Of a DNA stretch of 54,972 nt, positions 1-12,140 are shown piece by piece. The stretch is from positions 72,550-127,521 of the forward strand of contig JBNGIO010006183.1 of NCBI GenBank assembly GCA_049999805.1, in the 5' to 3' direction. The stretch is from Folioceros fuciformis. Lineage: Eukaryota. The first letter of the stretch is position 1. Each line of letters opens with the position of its first letter. The notes under the pieces were generated by a model that saw nothing but the letters and a program-made list of their open reading frames with translations, ran no database searches and was not told where the DNA came from. A program made the translations under genes and the position numbers.

Positions 1-1713
1 CTGTGATGCTAGGAAGGGGGGGTCTGACAGCCTCGCCCAGCCCCAACAGCAACCATCAACAACAGTAGCAACCAGCATGGCATGCACATCAGCCTGCTCA
101 TCTGTAGTGGGCGAGCAGAGAGAGGAGTGAAAGTGCACGTCCATACGCGTGCGGGCCACCAATGCCTCCATGAGATGCGCATCATGGGCATCATCTTTCC
201 ACCGGGGCACCGGGACACTTGGGGGTACCGGGACATTGGGTGCACTGGGACACCGGGAAGAAGCATGCATCTCCGTCTCCGGGATCTTCCCAAGGACAGG
301 GACAGGGACAGGGAGAGGGACACGGACAGGGTCGACGTTGGGTTGCATTAATTTTAAGCAAAGCCCGGTGACGCCGGCATGATAAGAGCTCTGCACATAA
401 CCGTTTCCCGGGAGCAGAGCCTTTCATTGTTCGCTCCAGCCTGTGCCTGTGATTTATATCATCGCCCGCGTCGGCTCTTGCTAATTTGGAGCCGATGACG
501 GTTAATTCAAACTGGCCACCGCCCGCGCAACTTCAAACTGGGGTCCTTTCGTCCTGGGCCCCCGTACCTAATTACAGCAGCCGGCCCGGAGCCCTGCCCG
601 GCCCGGCTCGGACCTCCCTTTTATCACTCACCACATACTGTTATGTACATCGTCACATACCATACTTACAACTTTCCTTTTGACTCCGTGATGTCATATC
701 ATGGCTTGGGGACAAAGGCAGGCAACAGTCGGGAGTTGCAAAATTAGGCGGATATTTTGTAAGCAGCTGTGGACGGACTGCTCCGCAGGAAGCTTCAACC
801 TCAGCGCCTTAAAAGACGCGACGCGAGCAAATCGGAGTGACCGGATTCGCGGCCTGTGAGACGTGGAGTCGTGGCCCCATGCTGCCCATGTTCACCATGC
901 TGCCACATGTGTATATTGTACACATATACGCCCGGCCCATGCATCCCCCATGCATACCATGCAACAGGGGCTAATGGGAATGTTCCGTCTCCGATGCGTC
1001 AAGGCGGCTACTGGGCTCTTTTGTCGTCCACAACTACATGGTGTCTAAATAAATGACATCGCTTCTGCGATTCCCCGAGGCTGCGGCCGATGGCAAGGGC
1101 GACGGCCCGACACCCAGCCACCGTCACAGCCAAATGCTATTAGTCCACCGACTCCAGAGGGAGAGATGCACCCATGGCCATTTGTGTGGCTGCATTGCAT
1201 TAGCATTAGCATGAGCTGAGCTGTGAGCTGTGAACTGTACGCACTGCCCACCCAAGCGGAGAACACAGCACACCACAACACAACACAACACAACACAACA
1301 CACAGGCCCCTTCGTGTGACAGGTGTGTACAATTTCAAGCAGGCATAGCTACGAACTTCACATACATGCACGGCCCACGTCCCACGGCCCACGGCCCACG
1401 GCCCAGCGCCGGTGTACTGCTTGGTGTTGTCGACTTAGTGCGACTTGACCTGTCTCTCCCCAACGCATCATGGCTCCAACTTCTAACTGCCACCTTGGCT
1501 TCATTTCAAACTTACACACGCCAAATAGGTGGGTACGTCACGTCGCCGCTTCCGCTCCGCTCACCTCAGCTGCGCGCTCCGTCTCGCCCCGCGTCGCCCC
1601 CACCGCTAACTACACATATGTATGTACATACTGGCGGAATGAAATTTGATGCACGTACACATCACAAAAGCCCAATATAGCATTTATGTATTTTTGTCTA
1701 GCAAAGAGAACCT

Positions 1714-1797
1714 TGCTAGCTGTGGGGTTTGAACCCACGCGTACTGCTGTACAGAAGATCTTAAGTCTTCCCCCTTAGACCACTCGGGCAAGCTAGC
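1714..1797 (-). tRNA. tRNA-Leu(UAA)
   Basis: Reverse complement folds as a cloverleaf: acceptor GCTAGCT/AGCTAGC+A, D-loop GAGTGGTCTAA, anticodon arm GAAGA-CT-TAA-GA-TCTTC, long variable arm, T-arm GTGGG-TTCAAAC-CCCAC. Confidence 0.95.
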
Positions 1798-2911
1798 TCA
1801 GCTGCAACACTTGTGCATAAAAACAACTTACATATTCTTTTTGTAAAATGAGGTCACTATTTAAAGAAGGTGCCTTCCTGTCAGACTTGCCCCATCCGAA
1901 TGGAGGAAATCCGTGGAGGGTCCAGACTGTGAAGGATTTGCCGGACGAGCAGCCCGTGACGGGCCGCCACATAGCGTGGGGGCCCGGCCGCCTCTGGATG
2001 TAGCAGCACCCCAATATTGGGGCTCCGTCAATGCATCACAGGCTCCATGGGCCGATTGGCCACCGCCCGTGAACGCTCAAATCTCGAACCTCTCTACCCG
2101 TGAATCGTACAGTCTTTGTCTAACGCCTGTCACCCCAGAAGGCGAGCGACTCATAATGTCACATCAGGGTTTCGGGGATACCAGGGATTCCGTGTATGTT
2201 TGCATAAAAGCGCAGTGGCCAAGTATCCTCACACTGCACTTAGGTATATGCGCTTGCGCTGGGAGAGAGTGATGGGAGATTCGAATGAGGGATCACCACA
2301 TCTCCTGAGAGCCCGGCGGCAGGCCCGGGCTGGGAAGGACTCACCCAGTCTTTATTGTTGGAAGAATCGTTTTGTGGTCAAATACTCCCCACCTACTCTG
2401 CTACTTACATCCTGACCATCCGCAAGCATCTCTAACAGCTTCTGACCTCACCCAACTGGCTGCTATCATAGTCGAATGCCTCATCCGTCCGGTTCCCAGA
2501 TATTGTACAAAATACAAGCCTTAGCTCACCGGCCAGCAATGTGATTTGTGTTGCTGTCAGAGCTGTCTTTCCGGCCTACACATACTGCTCATGTCTCTGT
2601 GGAGGGAGTAGCTCACGTGCCAAGCTGAAACCCGCGCTACGCACTCAGCTGAGTAGCACGGAGGAGCCCCTCCTCAAAAACTTGACTTGTTCCCAGGCTA
2701 TTTCCACCCACTGACCTCAAGCAGAATGTGGAATGGCATTCCTCATCTGTCAAGGAGGCCTCACTAAAAAGGCAGGCAGCTCACTCTTCAGTTTGCAAAG
2801 CCCCTTCAAGTGGGTAACCACCTGGTTTTCAAGGTGCACAAGACCTGCAACTGGAACGCTGAAGCATCTTCACAGAGGTCACCCGCTCGAACTCGGTGCG
2901 CAACCCCGCAT

Positions 2912-4945
2912 TCAGAACACTATCTTTTTCACAACGAGGACGAAAAGCATGAAAACGATGGCAGCAACCAGAACCATCACGCATACAACCATCCCTCCTC
3001 TTTTCTGGGTTCTCTCTGCCTGAACATCAAACCACCCAATATGGTACAGTTGTCAGTCCCAGGCACCGACGCCTAAGCACTCTTCGTTCAATGCAGCATC
3101 TAGACAAGAGAATACTGATCAAACTTCTCTTCTGTCCACAAGATCAGATGATAGTACCCTTTTCACCCACCTGCACCAACTCTTTCACACCCTGCTCCAC
3201 AGAAACTGCAACGTTCTGAATGTTGAAGTCGATGCGATCCACAATGGTACCCTAGTCCCCATAAAGCATCGCACATTTCATAAGAACGACAAACATTTAT
3301 TTACTGCTGATTGTGTACAACCTGACTATGGACAACCTTAAATGGTTTCACTGAGCCTCATAGACTTTACTGAGAACTGCATTGAGACAAACCTGATCAA
3401 TAACAAGCGTAGCAAGCTCTTTCATGATTTGGGCCAAGTCATTCACTGAGGTCACAATCTGGAAACACAAGGTCAATTTATCAGGCATCGGCACTGCACC
3501 GTTCCAGCTGCCGGACCTATCTAACGGCTGTTTCACCTACCTCACTACAATCACGTCACTAATCACTATTCCGACATGTCCAAACTCTAAGCGTTTAGAG
3601 GCACCATCCAGCAGCCAGACAAAAAGATGGACTGTGTTCTCTTGTTATATACCTGCGTGATTTCCTTTTCTCTCTCCTGCGAAATTGCTTCGCTCTGCTT
3701 GAGTAAGGCGACTTGCTGCTCGTTAAATCCCTGCATAGGAAGGCTTCTTACATTCATTCCACATATTGCTGCTGAGCAAATGGTATCCTGCTGGAAAGGA
3801 CATGACGGAACAAGGACGGAAATGACAACGCGCCTCACCGGGTCAAAAAATGAGGTATCTTCCTCCCGTCTGCTCTGCAAATTTACACCAATACCATCTG
3901 CTGATCCTCCCTGTTTTGTCACAAGTCAGCGGTCAGCCAACCTGTTGGTAACAAGTTCATGTCGTCTGAGTAAGGGTGTAATCAAACCGGGGATGGGAGA
4001 GGCCACAAACGAGCACCTCTTGTTGCTGTCGTAGTCTCTGCAAATAGCCTTTCTGCTGCTTGCGAAACTCGATGGACAGGGTCTGCAAATCTGTGGCCAA
4101 CGACCTCTGCAGCAAAAATTGAGAGGCGACGTAAAATGNNNNNNNNNNNNNNNNNNNNNNNNNNNNNNNNNNNNNNNNNNNNNNNNNNNNNNNNNNNNNN
4201 NNNNNNNNNNNNNNNNNNNNNNNNNNNNNNNNNNNNNNACTTCATGCAGAGCTGCAATTTCGAGAAACCTACCTGCACATTCAGGCGTAGGTTTGCATCT
4301 TCCTGAGAGCCTGGTACTTTTGACAGTCGCTGGAGTCTCTGCTCACTCTTCTTCAACAATTTGGTCACCTCACTACTGAGCAGCTCTACAGTATACTGGT
4401 CGCCAGCATCATCATCAAAGGTAGGCATCAAAGCCCTGCCATGTGCTTTAGCTAACTCTGCCATTTTGCTCCGTATAGTCTGCATGTCTGCTTGAACCTG
4501 CTCCGAGACATCTACCCAGGCTGGGGGGAGGCTGACAGCCACAGACCCTGCCCTACAACACAGTTCACCACAATTGAATCTTTTGATCTGCTAGCAGCAC
4601 TCTCAATTCAAGTTCCGAGACAAAAACAAGTGCAAGCCTTCTCCTGGACGGCAAATAGCAGGCACGTACATGGACAGCACTCTGACTGCTTCTTGACTAA
4701 ATGATCGTGGGGGCAAAAAAAAAAAAAAAAACAGAAAAAAACCACAGATCAAGCAAGTGCCAGGGCGGACAAGCCAATGCATACCGAGAAGAGTCCGGGC
4801 CTCCAGGCTGCTTGAGCAGAGGAGCCGCAACCAGCTCTATACTAGCCCCGGCGGCGGAGGCAGACGAAGCTCCTGGAAAGGGCCGCACCTGCCGTAGCGC
4901 ATCTCGGTACTTCCGGAAAAGCGCCGTCTGATTCCGCGTGGCCAT
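2912..4945 (-). CDS. SYP4: Syntaxin of plants SYP4-group (Tlg2/syntaxin-16-like Qa-SNARE), 8 coding exons
   Basis: N-peptide MATRNQTALFRKYR, LPPAWVDVSE, Habc helices, SNARE motif (IVTSVNDLAQIMKELATLVIDQ|GTIVDRIDFNIQN) and C-terminal TM (MVVCVMVLVAAIVFMLFVLVVKKIVF*). Approximate exons: 4945-4785, 4552-4273, 4106-4017, 3910-3839, 3730-3653, 3458-3393, 3251-3171, 3019-2912. All introns are GT-AG; an N gap lies in intron 2. Confidence 0.93.
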
Positions 4946-5938
4946 AGCGCCAGATCTGCTCCCCGATCAGCACCGGCACACCAGAATTTCTCCAGATCCG
5001 ATCTCGCCAATGCTACAACGTCTCTCAGTGTTGGAAATCGAGTCCGGTCGTGAAGGAGTGGCAGGCGCGTGGGAAAACGGCCGGCAGGTGAAGACAATCG
5101 AAAGGCACCGCGGAGGGAGGCGGCCATCGCTGCGGGTGCGAGCGACGGTCCATGGCACCATCCATGCAACGCACCAACCTCTCCTTTCGGCGCTCCTGCT
5201 TCGAGTCCTGTGCCCCTCACGCTAGCTGCTCGACCTCACTAACTATTATGCCCCGCCTGGATTTTGCCCTCTTCACACCTGACCTTTACCTTACTTCAAG
5301 CTAAACCTGTTAATGCCAGCCCAGGAGGTCAGAAGTGGATTTATTGTAGGAATTTACCGCACGGATTTACCTCATTCACTGTGGTGAATGCATTGGCTTG
5401 GATGGGTAAGTGCAGGTACATACAGGCCTCGCCTGATGCAGTGCTTGGGTGATCCACCTGCTTGCACTTGTTCCAAAAATCGCTTCAAAGCATTTGGGCT
5501 GACTGTGCTCAATTACGGGCCTGTATGTAGCGGATTGCTCGGAATGTGCGGTTGGCAGGAGCACAGTTTTTGATTCTTGTCTGCCGTGGCTGGTCCCTGA
5601 GCAGCACGGTGGCATGAAGGGTTACTCTATTGGTGCGATCACTTGAAAATCGCCCTCGGTAGCAGCAAGCTATGCAGGACTTCAAGGACGTTGATCTGTC
5701 CCCGGGCTTTGGAGTGCTAATCTAAGGTTGACGTCATCGCTGCAGAGGGTAAGTCCGTGTCCAGAATGTGCTTGAGCAAGTCCAACGAAAGGATGATGAC
5801 CAGAGGTAGCGGGTGACATCTTGCATTTCTGAGCTCAATTGGAAGCTGATTTTGCTGGCAGAGACGTGGTTTGGCGGTGCAGGTTATGAATTAGGTGTTC
5901 ATGTTAGCATTTGAGTCCTGATATTTACCTTAGAAGGA

Positions 5939-7948
5939 ATGGCTCGAGCACTGCTTAAGTCAAGGGAACTGTTACACTTTGCGTATGGCAGTTTTACAAC
6001 TGTGAAGGAGTCTGTCTGTAAGGAGTTCCCTGTGTACAAGCACCCCTCTCTCAATTCTTATCTTCTGGTGGAGGCGGTCAAGGGGTGCAGAGCAGATTGG
6101 TTGAAACACATAGCTCGTCTCCAGAGGGATGGCGGCTGGATCAAGCATTTGCATAAGATGGTTGGGGTCGGGCCCAGCGTTGCTACAACAGTGTCGACGA
6201 GTTCTCGGAGTTTTGGACCCTCCAAGGTGGATGTCAGGGGCTTTCTTACTCATAGTAGAAATGTGCAAGGTGTGGTGGCTCGTGAATTCTGCAAGGTCTC
6301 TACTGGTGGATCCTTTACTACTCCAAGTGTGTCATTTTCATCTACGCCGGGAGCAGCTTGGTCTCGGCTTGGCTCCCGAATCAAGAGCGTCCAGAGTGCG
6401 AATCGGGGAATCCTTGCTTCAGGACGTAGGAGGTTCTATCACATTGATGAAGAAGGGGTCCAGCATTTCAAGGCAAGAGGGCCACGTGCCTGGCTCAAAA
6501 GGCCACAAGGAGGTTATCTGTCGGATAGGAGAGTCATTCTTGTTTTCGTTCTTGCTAGTGGTTTGACATACATCTATTTCACGCACTTGGAGATCGTGCC
6601 TTACACCCACCGCAAGCACTTTGTGCTGTTGCCACCAGATTCGGAAGTACAAATTGGAGAGGATGAGTTTGAGAAAGTAAGTCATCTTCTTTGGAGTTAC
6701 TACCCTAGCATTCGTCGCAGTCTTCAGTTCTGTTTAGCTAAACGAGTCTTCCTAGTCGGCTTTCTTATGCCTAGACCTGAGATTCTATGGAGCTTATCAA
6801 GTCACGTACGGGTCACGCCAGTTCGTTGTCATCATGCTATCCATCAGGTTACCAACTCAACTGCATGTGCAGCTCAAGAAGCAGTGGAGAAGGGAGATGC
6901 TGCCACCAATTCATCCAGCTACAATCCGTGTTCACAGAGTTGCAGAGAAAATCATAGAGTCAGTGATGTCTGCGGTTGGTCTGGGACAGAAGCAATGGGG
7001 AGGGCTGCATCATGGTTTCGACAAACATCCAGATCTGATGTACTTGGGACCTGATGGTGGGAGTCCAGAACGTGTGCTTCATTCCCATGCAGATCCTGTG
7101 GACGTGTATGGTGATGAACATCTTGATGAGGAATGGGTGGAGCAGAGTAGAGAGAAGGGATTGCAGAAAGGCCAGGAGTCAGACTTGAGGCACATCAAGC
7201 TCATGAAATGGGAAATTATCGTGGTTGATCTTCCTGTACTTAATGCAATGTGTTTACCAGGCGGGAAGATTGTTGTCTTCACAGGCCTTCTTGATAAGAT
7301 TCCATCGGATACTGAGATTGCAACGGTACTAGGTCATGAGGTGAGCAAGCTAGCAGTGATGCCATGGAGAATGAGACAGTCCTGCTGCGTCATCATTTTC
7401 ATCATTCTATTGCTGATTTACATGCAGATTGCCCACGCGGTCGCACGACATGTGGGAGAGAAGCTAACGCAGGGAGTCTGGTTGGGGTTCCTCAAGCTTA
7501 CTGCTTTGGTTTTTTTCAATATGCCTGCCATCATCAGTGACATTTCGGATCTCCTTATTGGACTTCCCTATTCGAGAAAGTAAGCATGTCTTCCTCTAGG
7601 CACAGTGTTCGGCGACGAAGTGGTTGCTTACAACTTGCTAGGAAAGTTGAGTGAACTGAGTAGGAACATAAATCTGAATCGCCTGTGTTTTGCAGAATGG
7701 AAATGGAAGCAGATCATATCGGGTTGATTTTGATGGCTGCATCAGGCTATAATCCGGTGGTTGCACCATCATTTTATGAGAAGCTGGGAAAGCTTGAAAA
7801 GGCCCCTGAATATCTGCAGTATCTGTCAACTCATCCATCGGGGAAGAAAAGAGGGGAGTCTCTCAGAGATAGTGAGACTATGAAACGTGCAATACGACTG
7901 TATGAGCAACGACTACAGGGGCAAGTCGATCTTCGCCGCTATCTTTGA
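5939..7948 (+). CDS. OMA1: Mitochondrial M48 metalloendopeptidase OMA1-like, 4 exons
   Basis: HLEIVPYTHRKHFVLL, WEIIVVD..LNAMCLPGGKIVVFTGLL, HEXXH motif GHE|IAHA split by an intron, LPYSR|MEMEADHIGL and YLSTHPSG. Basic Ser/Arg-rich N-terminus. Approximate exons: 5939-6676, 6873-7340, 7429-7579, 7696-7948. Head-to-head with SYP4. Confidence 0.9.
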
Positions 7949-8229
7949 TGTGCAAGAAGTTTTTTTTGAAGGAAAAATGGCAGTCGAGGCACGTGTTCGA
8001 AAATGCTGTACCAAGCCGGGAATAGCGGTGGGGATAATCGATGGAGATACCCAACCCTGGACTAGCTGGTATACGGGAGGGTCGCAAGCGTCTTTGTGAG
8101 GTATCAATCGACGTACCGGTTTAGCCATGTGTTTCTTTATGGGCACGGGAAGCACCCAAGTTTTGTCCACTGCACAGGCTGTCTGCCGCTTCTGCTGAAA
8201 CGTATGTACGTAGAAGACGTTTCGTCTAC

Positions 8230-8470
8230 AGTTTACCGAACACAAAAATGGTATGTTTGTGTAAGTTGTAGCTCGGTTTTCTAACTACCAAACAAACAAA
8301 GTAGTATATACGTTGGTGTCAGCTGTTGCTCGTTCTTGAGCTACCGAACAAACAAAGTCGTACTTTTGTGTAAGCTGTTGCTTGTTCTTGAGCTACCGAA
8401 CAAACAAAGTCGTATTTTTGTGTAAGCTGTTGCGGGTCACTTAGCTACAGAATAGACAAATTATGTGTCG
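8230..8470. repeat. Degenerate ~52-57 bp tandem repeat (4-5 copies)
   Basis: Recurring ctaccgaacaaacaaagtcgta..ttgtgtaagctgttgc..gttcttgag between the convergent OMA1 and NEK 3' ends. Confidence 0.8.
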
Positions 8471-8747
8471 GTGTGTATGCTGTCGCTCGATTAATTACGA
8501 AGCTGTAAGCGAATTAGCTGTAGCTGTCGCTGCTTTAGTGTCTGGAGGATAATGCCTCCGACAAGGTTTGCACCAACAAAGTGGAAACCTGGCAGGAGTC
8601 CCTGTCGCCGTCAAGAAAGTGAGGAAGAATGTACGACAATGTCGAGGATAATAACCAAAAATCGTTATCGGCAAGGCACATTTGCCAATGAACGGATCAA
8701 TATACAAACGACGCACATGCATGAGGTCGGGCAGAACCTCTTCCAAA

Positions 8748-11700
8748 TTACTTTGCTATAGCCAGCTTGCCACTGTGTTCATCCTTCCGTTGAAAAGTAG
8801 GCTTTGTCTGATGCAGAGGCACACATTACGTCTACCGATCAGGAGGCCATTCATTCGAAGTTCTAGTGATGAGGACGGGAATAAACTATACTGGAACAAA
8901 AGCAAGAGAAATGAGAACCAACCTTTACTGGAACAAGGCCAGGGGGCTGGGGGATTTTTGATGCGGTCGCAGGAGCTCGTGAAAGAGTTGGTGTTGCTTT
9001 CGGTGCTGCAAGAGAACCCTTGGATGGCGCTTTTGGCGTACTCACAGGAGATTTCGCAGTCCCTGAGGTCCCTAATGCGGATCTGGATGCTACGGTGAGA
9101 GGACCTTTGGGAGCTGAGAGAGGGGCTCGAGGAGATGGCACTCGAGGTGTTGACAGAGGGGCTCGGGGAGTAGCAGACTTAGGAGCGCTAGGAATCTTGG
9201 TAGCTACAGGCTGAAGAACAATGGGTGCATCTCTCACCCTTGGCACAAAAGAAGGTGCAGGGGTTGGATTCCGGGGAGTACCATTCAGGACTTTTGGTTT
9301 CTCTGAGACAAGAAGCTTTTCCGGTGGATCTACCTTGAGAGGTTGAGGAGACTCTAGCACCTTAGGGAGTTGAGGAGACTCTAACACCTTGGGGGATTGA
9401 GGAGGCTCTACCACCTTAGGAGGCTGAGGAGACTCTAACACGGCTGTCGACTCTGCCGGCACATCTGAAGGTGGACTTCTAGGGGACAGTGAAACAGTGA
9501 GACTGACAGGTTCCGCTGCAGTTGGAGACGGCTGGGAGTGGTGGTCATCCTCTCCAGAGCCGACGGCCGCGACTGTGTCAGGAGCCTCCGGACTTCGTAC
9601 ATAAGCTTGTTTGAATCGCCTGTTCAGGGCTGCATTCTGCTCCTTGGGAGAGAGAATTCTAGGACCGGCCAAAGAGAGTCTGTTCAACCGCTTGTTATTC
9701 ACCATAGGCGATAGAGAGGGAAGAGGCTTTCCCAAAGGCTTTGGCTTGGACTCTGCTGACTCAACGACAGGTTTGGTAGCCACTGTAGTGGTGGGCTTCG
9801 CATCATTTCCTGGCAACAACGCAGTGTGTCACCTCCTTGAACAGCGCAACGGAAGGACAAAAGCAAACGCAAGGGAGGAACAGGCTGGCAGTTCAGTAAC
9901 CTCGGCTTGACAGAACTGCTCGAGGCGGCCTAACAACTGCAGCAACATCTGATTTTGCGATCCGCGGGGCAGCTACCCTTACACTCGCCACACCTGCCGA
10001 TTCAGATTAGGCCTTAAAGTGTGAACTTCCAACCAATCCGGAAAGCAGCAAGACAGGCTGAGAGAATGGCACCAGGCCAGGGTAGCGGTGTACCAGATTG
10101 GCGCTTGACAGATACTACAGGTCCATTCGAAGTGGGTATGGCAATGCGAACAGGGCTCGGAGCCCTTACTTTGAGCCCAGTAGCTGACCTTGCAAGATTG
10201 ACCTTGGGTATTTTTGATTTTGGACTTGATGATGGCTCTGAAACGCAAACCAAGCCGTGGCCCTCACCCCGTGAGTACCGTAGGAAGAATATGCATAAGC
10301 AACCGTAAACCTCTTAGAAATACCTGGTTGCTCCCCCATTGTCTTTCTTCTAGGGACGTACAAGCGAATAGAGGGCGGTGCTAGGTGATAATGTGCTCGC
10401 ACAAGGGGGTGGATCAAGACCTCCTTGGACGACAGCCTCCATGCCTGCCACAGGCATTCACTCAGAACAAAAAAGAAAAGAAGAAAAGAAATAGGGCCAC
10501 CAGCACAAGTGGTATCAAAGCCGGGCAAAAAGAATCCCGTACCTGGTCTGTATTCAACAAGTGCTTCAATACAGTAGTAAGCCCACTGCTAAAATGCGCT
10601 GGTATTGGTGGATATTCACCCTGTAGAAGCTGTAAACAGACTGGTGTCATTAGCTCTGTGACCCCTCCTATCAAACCAGTGTACGGCCCAAAGAGGCCCG
10701 CTGTTGCTCACCTTGGCCCTCAGGTCAAATAAAGTTTGACCTCGGAAGGGTATGGACAGCGCAGCCAGCTCATAAAGCACGCAACCAAGAGCCCACATAT
10801 CACTGCTGAAAGTGTATGGTTCGTTCTTCCAAATCTGAGGGAGGACACTCATCATCGTCAGTCGGGGATGGCCTACTTAGGGGAAAACTGAGATAAGGCG
10901 TACCTGACACATGAGGGCCTTGACCAAGACAATACCTCGGGAGCCATGTAATGGGGTGTTCCAATCTGAGTGGTGCCCATGGACTGCTTGAGCAGCTTCG
11001 GTACCTGGAACCGAAACAGGCAAATGTTAGCCACTCTGTTTAGTTTCTTAGAAGAAGAGCATTTCGACTGAGACTAGCAAACTGAGCAGACAGGTGCTCC
11101 CCAACAGGAAAATCTAGTTTCGACTGAAAACGCATACCCCAAGATCTCCAATTTTTATGGAGTTATTGTCAAGTAGCATCACGTTTGCTGATTTAATATC
11201 CCTGCGCAGAGAAGGTTGTCCCATCGATGATCAATCTAATGGCAACAGACACAGGCAGCGGAAGCCAAAGTAGTGGGAAAGCAGAGGTACCTGTGGATAA
11301 GCTGGTATGAATGTAGAGCCACTATTCCTCGAAGAATCTGTTGATCCCATTATCAAGGTGGTCAATCAGACGCCATGGTCACCCACTCGCAATATGGATT
11401 GAAGGAGTTGGTTGGAGCCTCCATGACCTTTCGTGCTTACCTGAATGAAATATGACCAAATCTGCGACTCATCAAAGAGCTGAGCACGATTCCTGCAGTC
11501 GCCACACCATCGTCAGTAGGTTGTAGTGAATAGAAGGTGAAGCAAGGCCCACCCATTGCCACCACTGCGGCGGTTAGTGCTAAGCTCAAACCTGATAAGC
11601 TTGGCTAGGTCGCCTCTTTCGCAGTATTCCATAACAGTGTACAATTTGTCACCTTCCACAAAGGCATCGTAGTACTTGATCTGGTGTACAGGCGAAACTG

Positions 11701-12140
11701 CAGGTATGAATCATACGGGGAAAGCTGGGGTGCTCTCAATCTACTGAGGGCCAACTATCCGGCATGTTGAGCGGCATGAGGAGTAATCCAGGCATACCAC
11801 ATTCTGGTGCCTCACAGTCGAAAGCAGGTGAATCTGTTTGACAGCTTCATCTCGTTCTTCCTGAACACACAGCTGGCACCTGTGAGGCACGTGCAGTTAG
11901 CTAGGCAAAGGCAATGCTGGGGCTGCAGGAATCACAGACCTGAGACATGTGCACGACAGTGCATTCCTTCATGGCACAGATCAAGCCATCAGCGATTCTT
12001 CTGACCTTGTGCACAGTACCATGAGATCCTTTTCCCACGAGTCCCTTCACAACATAGTTCTTCTGAACTATGGACTGCGCCTTCTCAGCCTGCTTGGTCT
12101 GACTTGGGCCCGTCTCTTTCTCAACTTTCGGTTTCCCCAT
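8748..12140 (-). CDS. NIMA-related Ser/Thr kinase (NEK; resembles algal CNK type) with long Pro/Ser/Lys-rich C-terminal tail, multi-exon
   Basis: Spliced motifs: GKGSHGTV, CAMKE, VRHQNV|IKYYDAF, MEYCERGDL, IHR|DIKSANV, KIGDLG|VPKLL, IGTPHYMAPE|IWKNEPYTFSSDMWALGCVLYEL. Large low-complexity exons at ~10.3-8.9 kb. The last exon 8807-8748 ends ...KLAIAK*. Confidence 0.85.

Noticed and set aside
1-1700. Short ORFs and simple repeats at the window start (and similarly 52.2-55 kb)
   Set aside because: No coding motifs or splice-consistent model; they look like intergenic or leader DNA with microsatellites.
2612-2630. cgtgccaagctg resembling miR536
   Set aside because: Partial match in the SYP4 3' region with no precursor hairpin evident.
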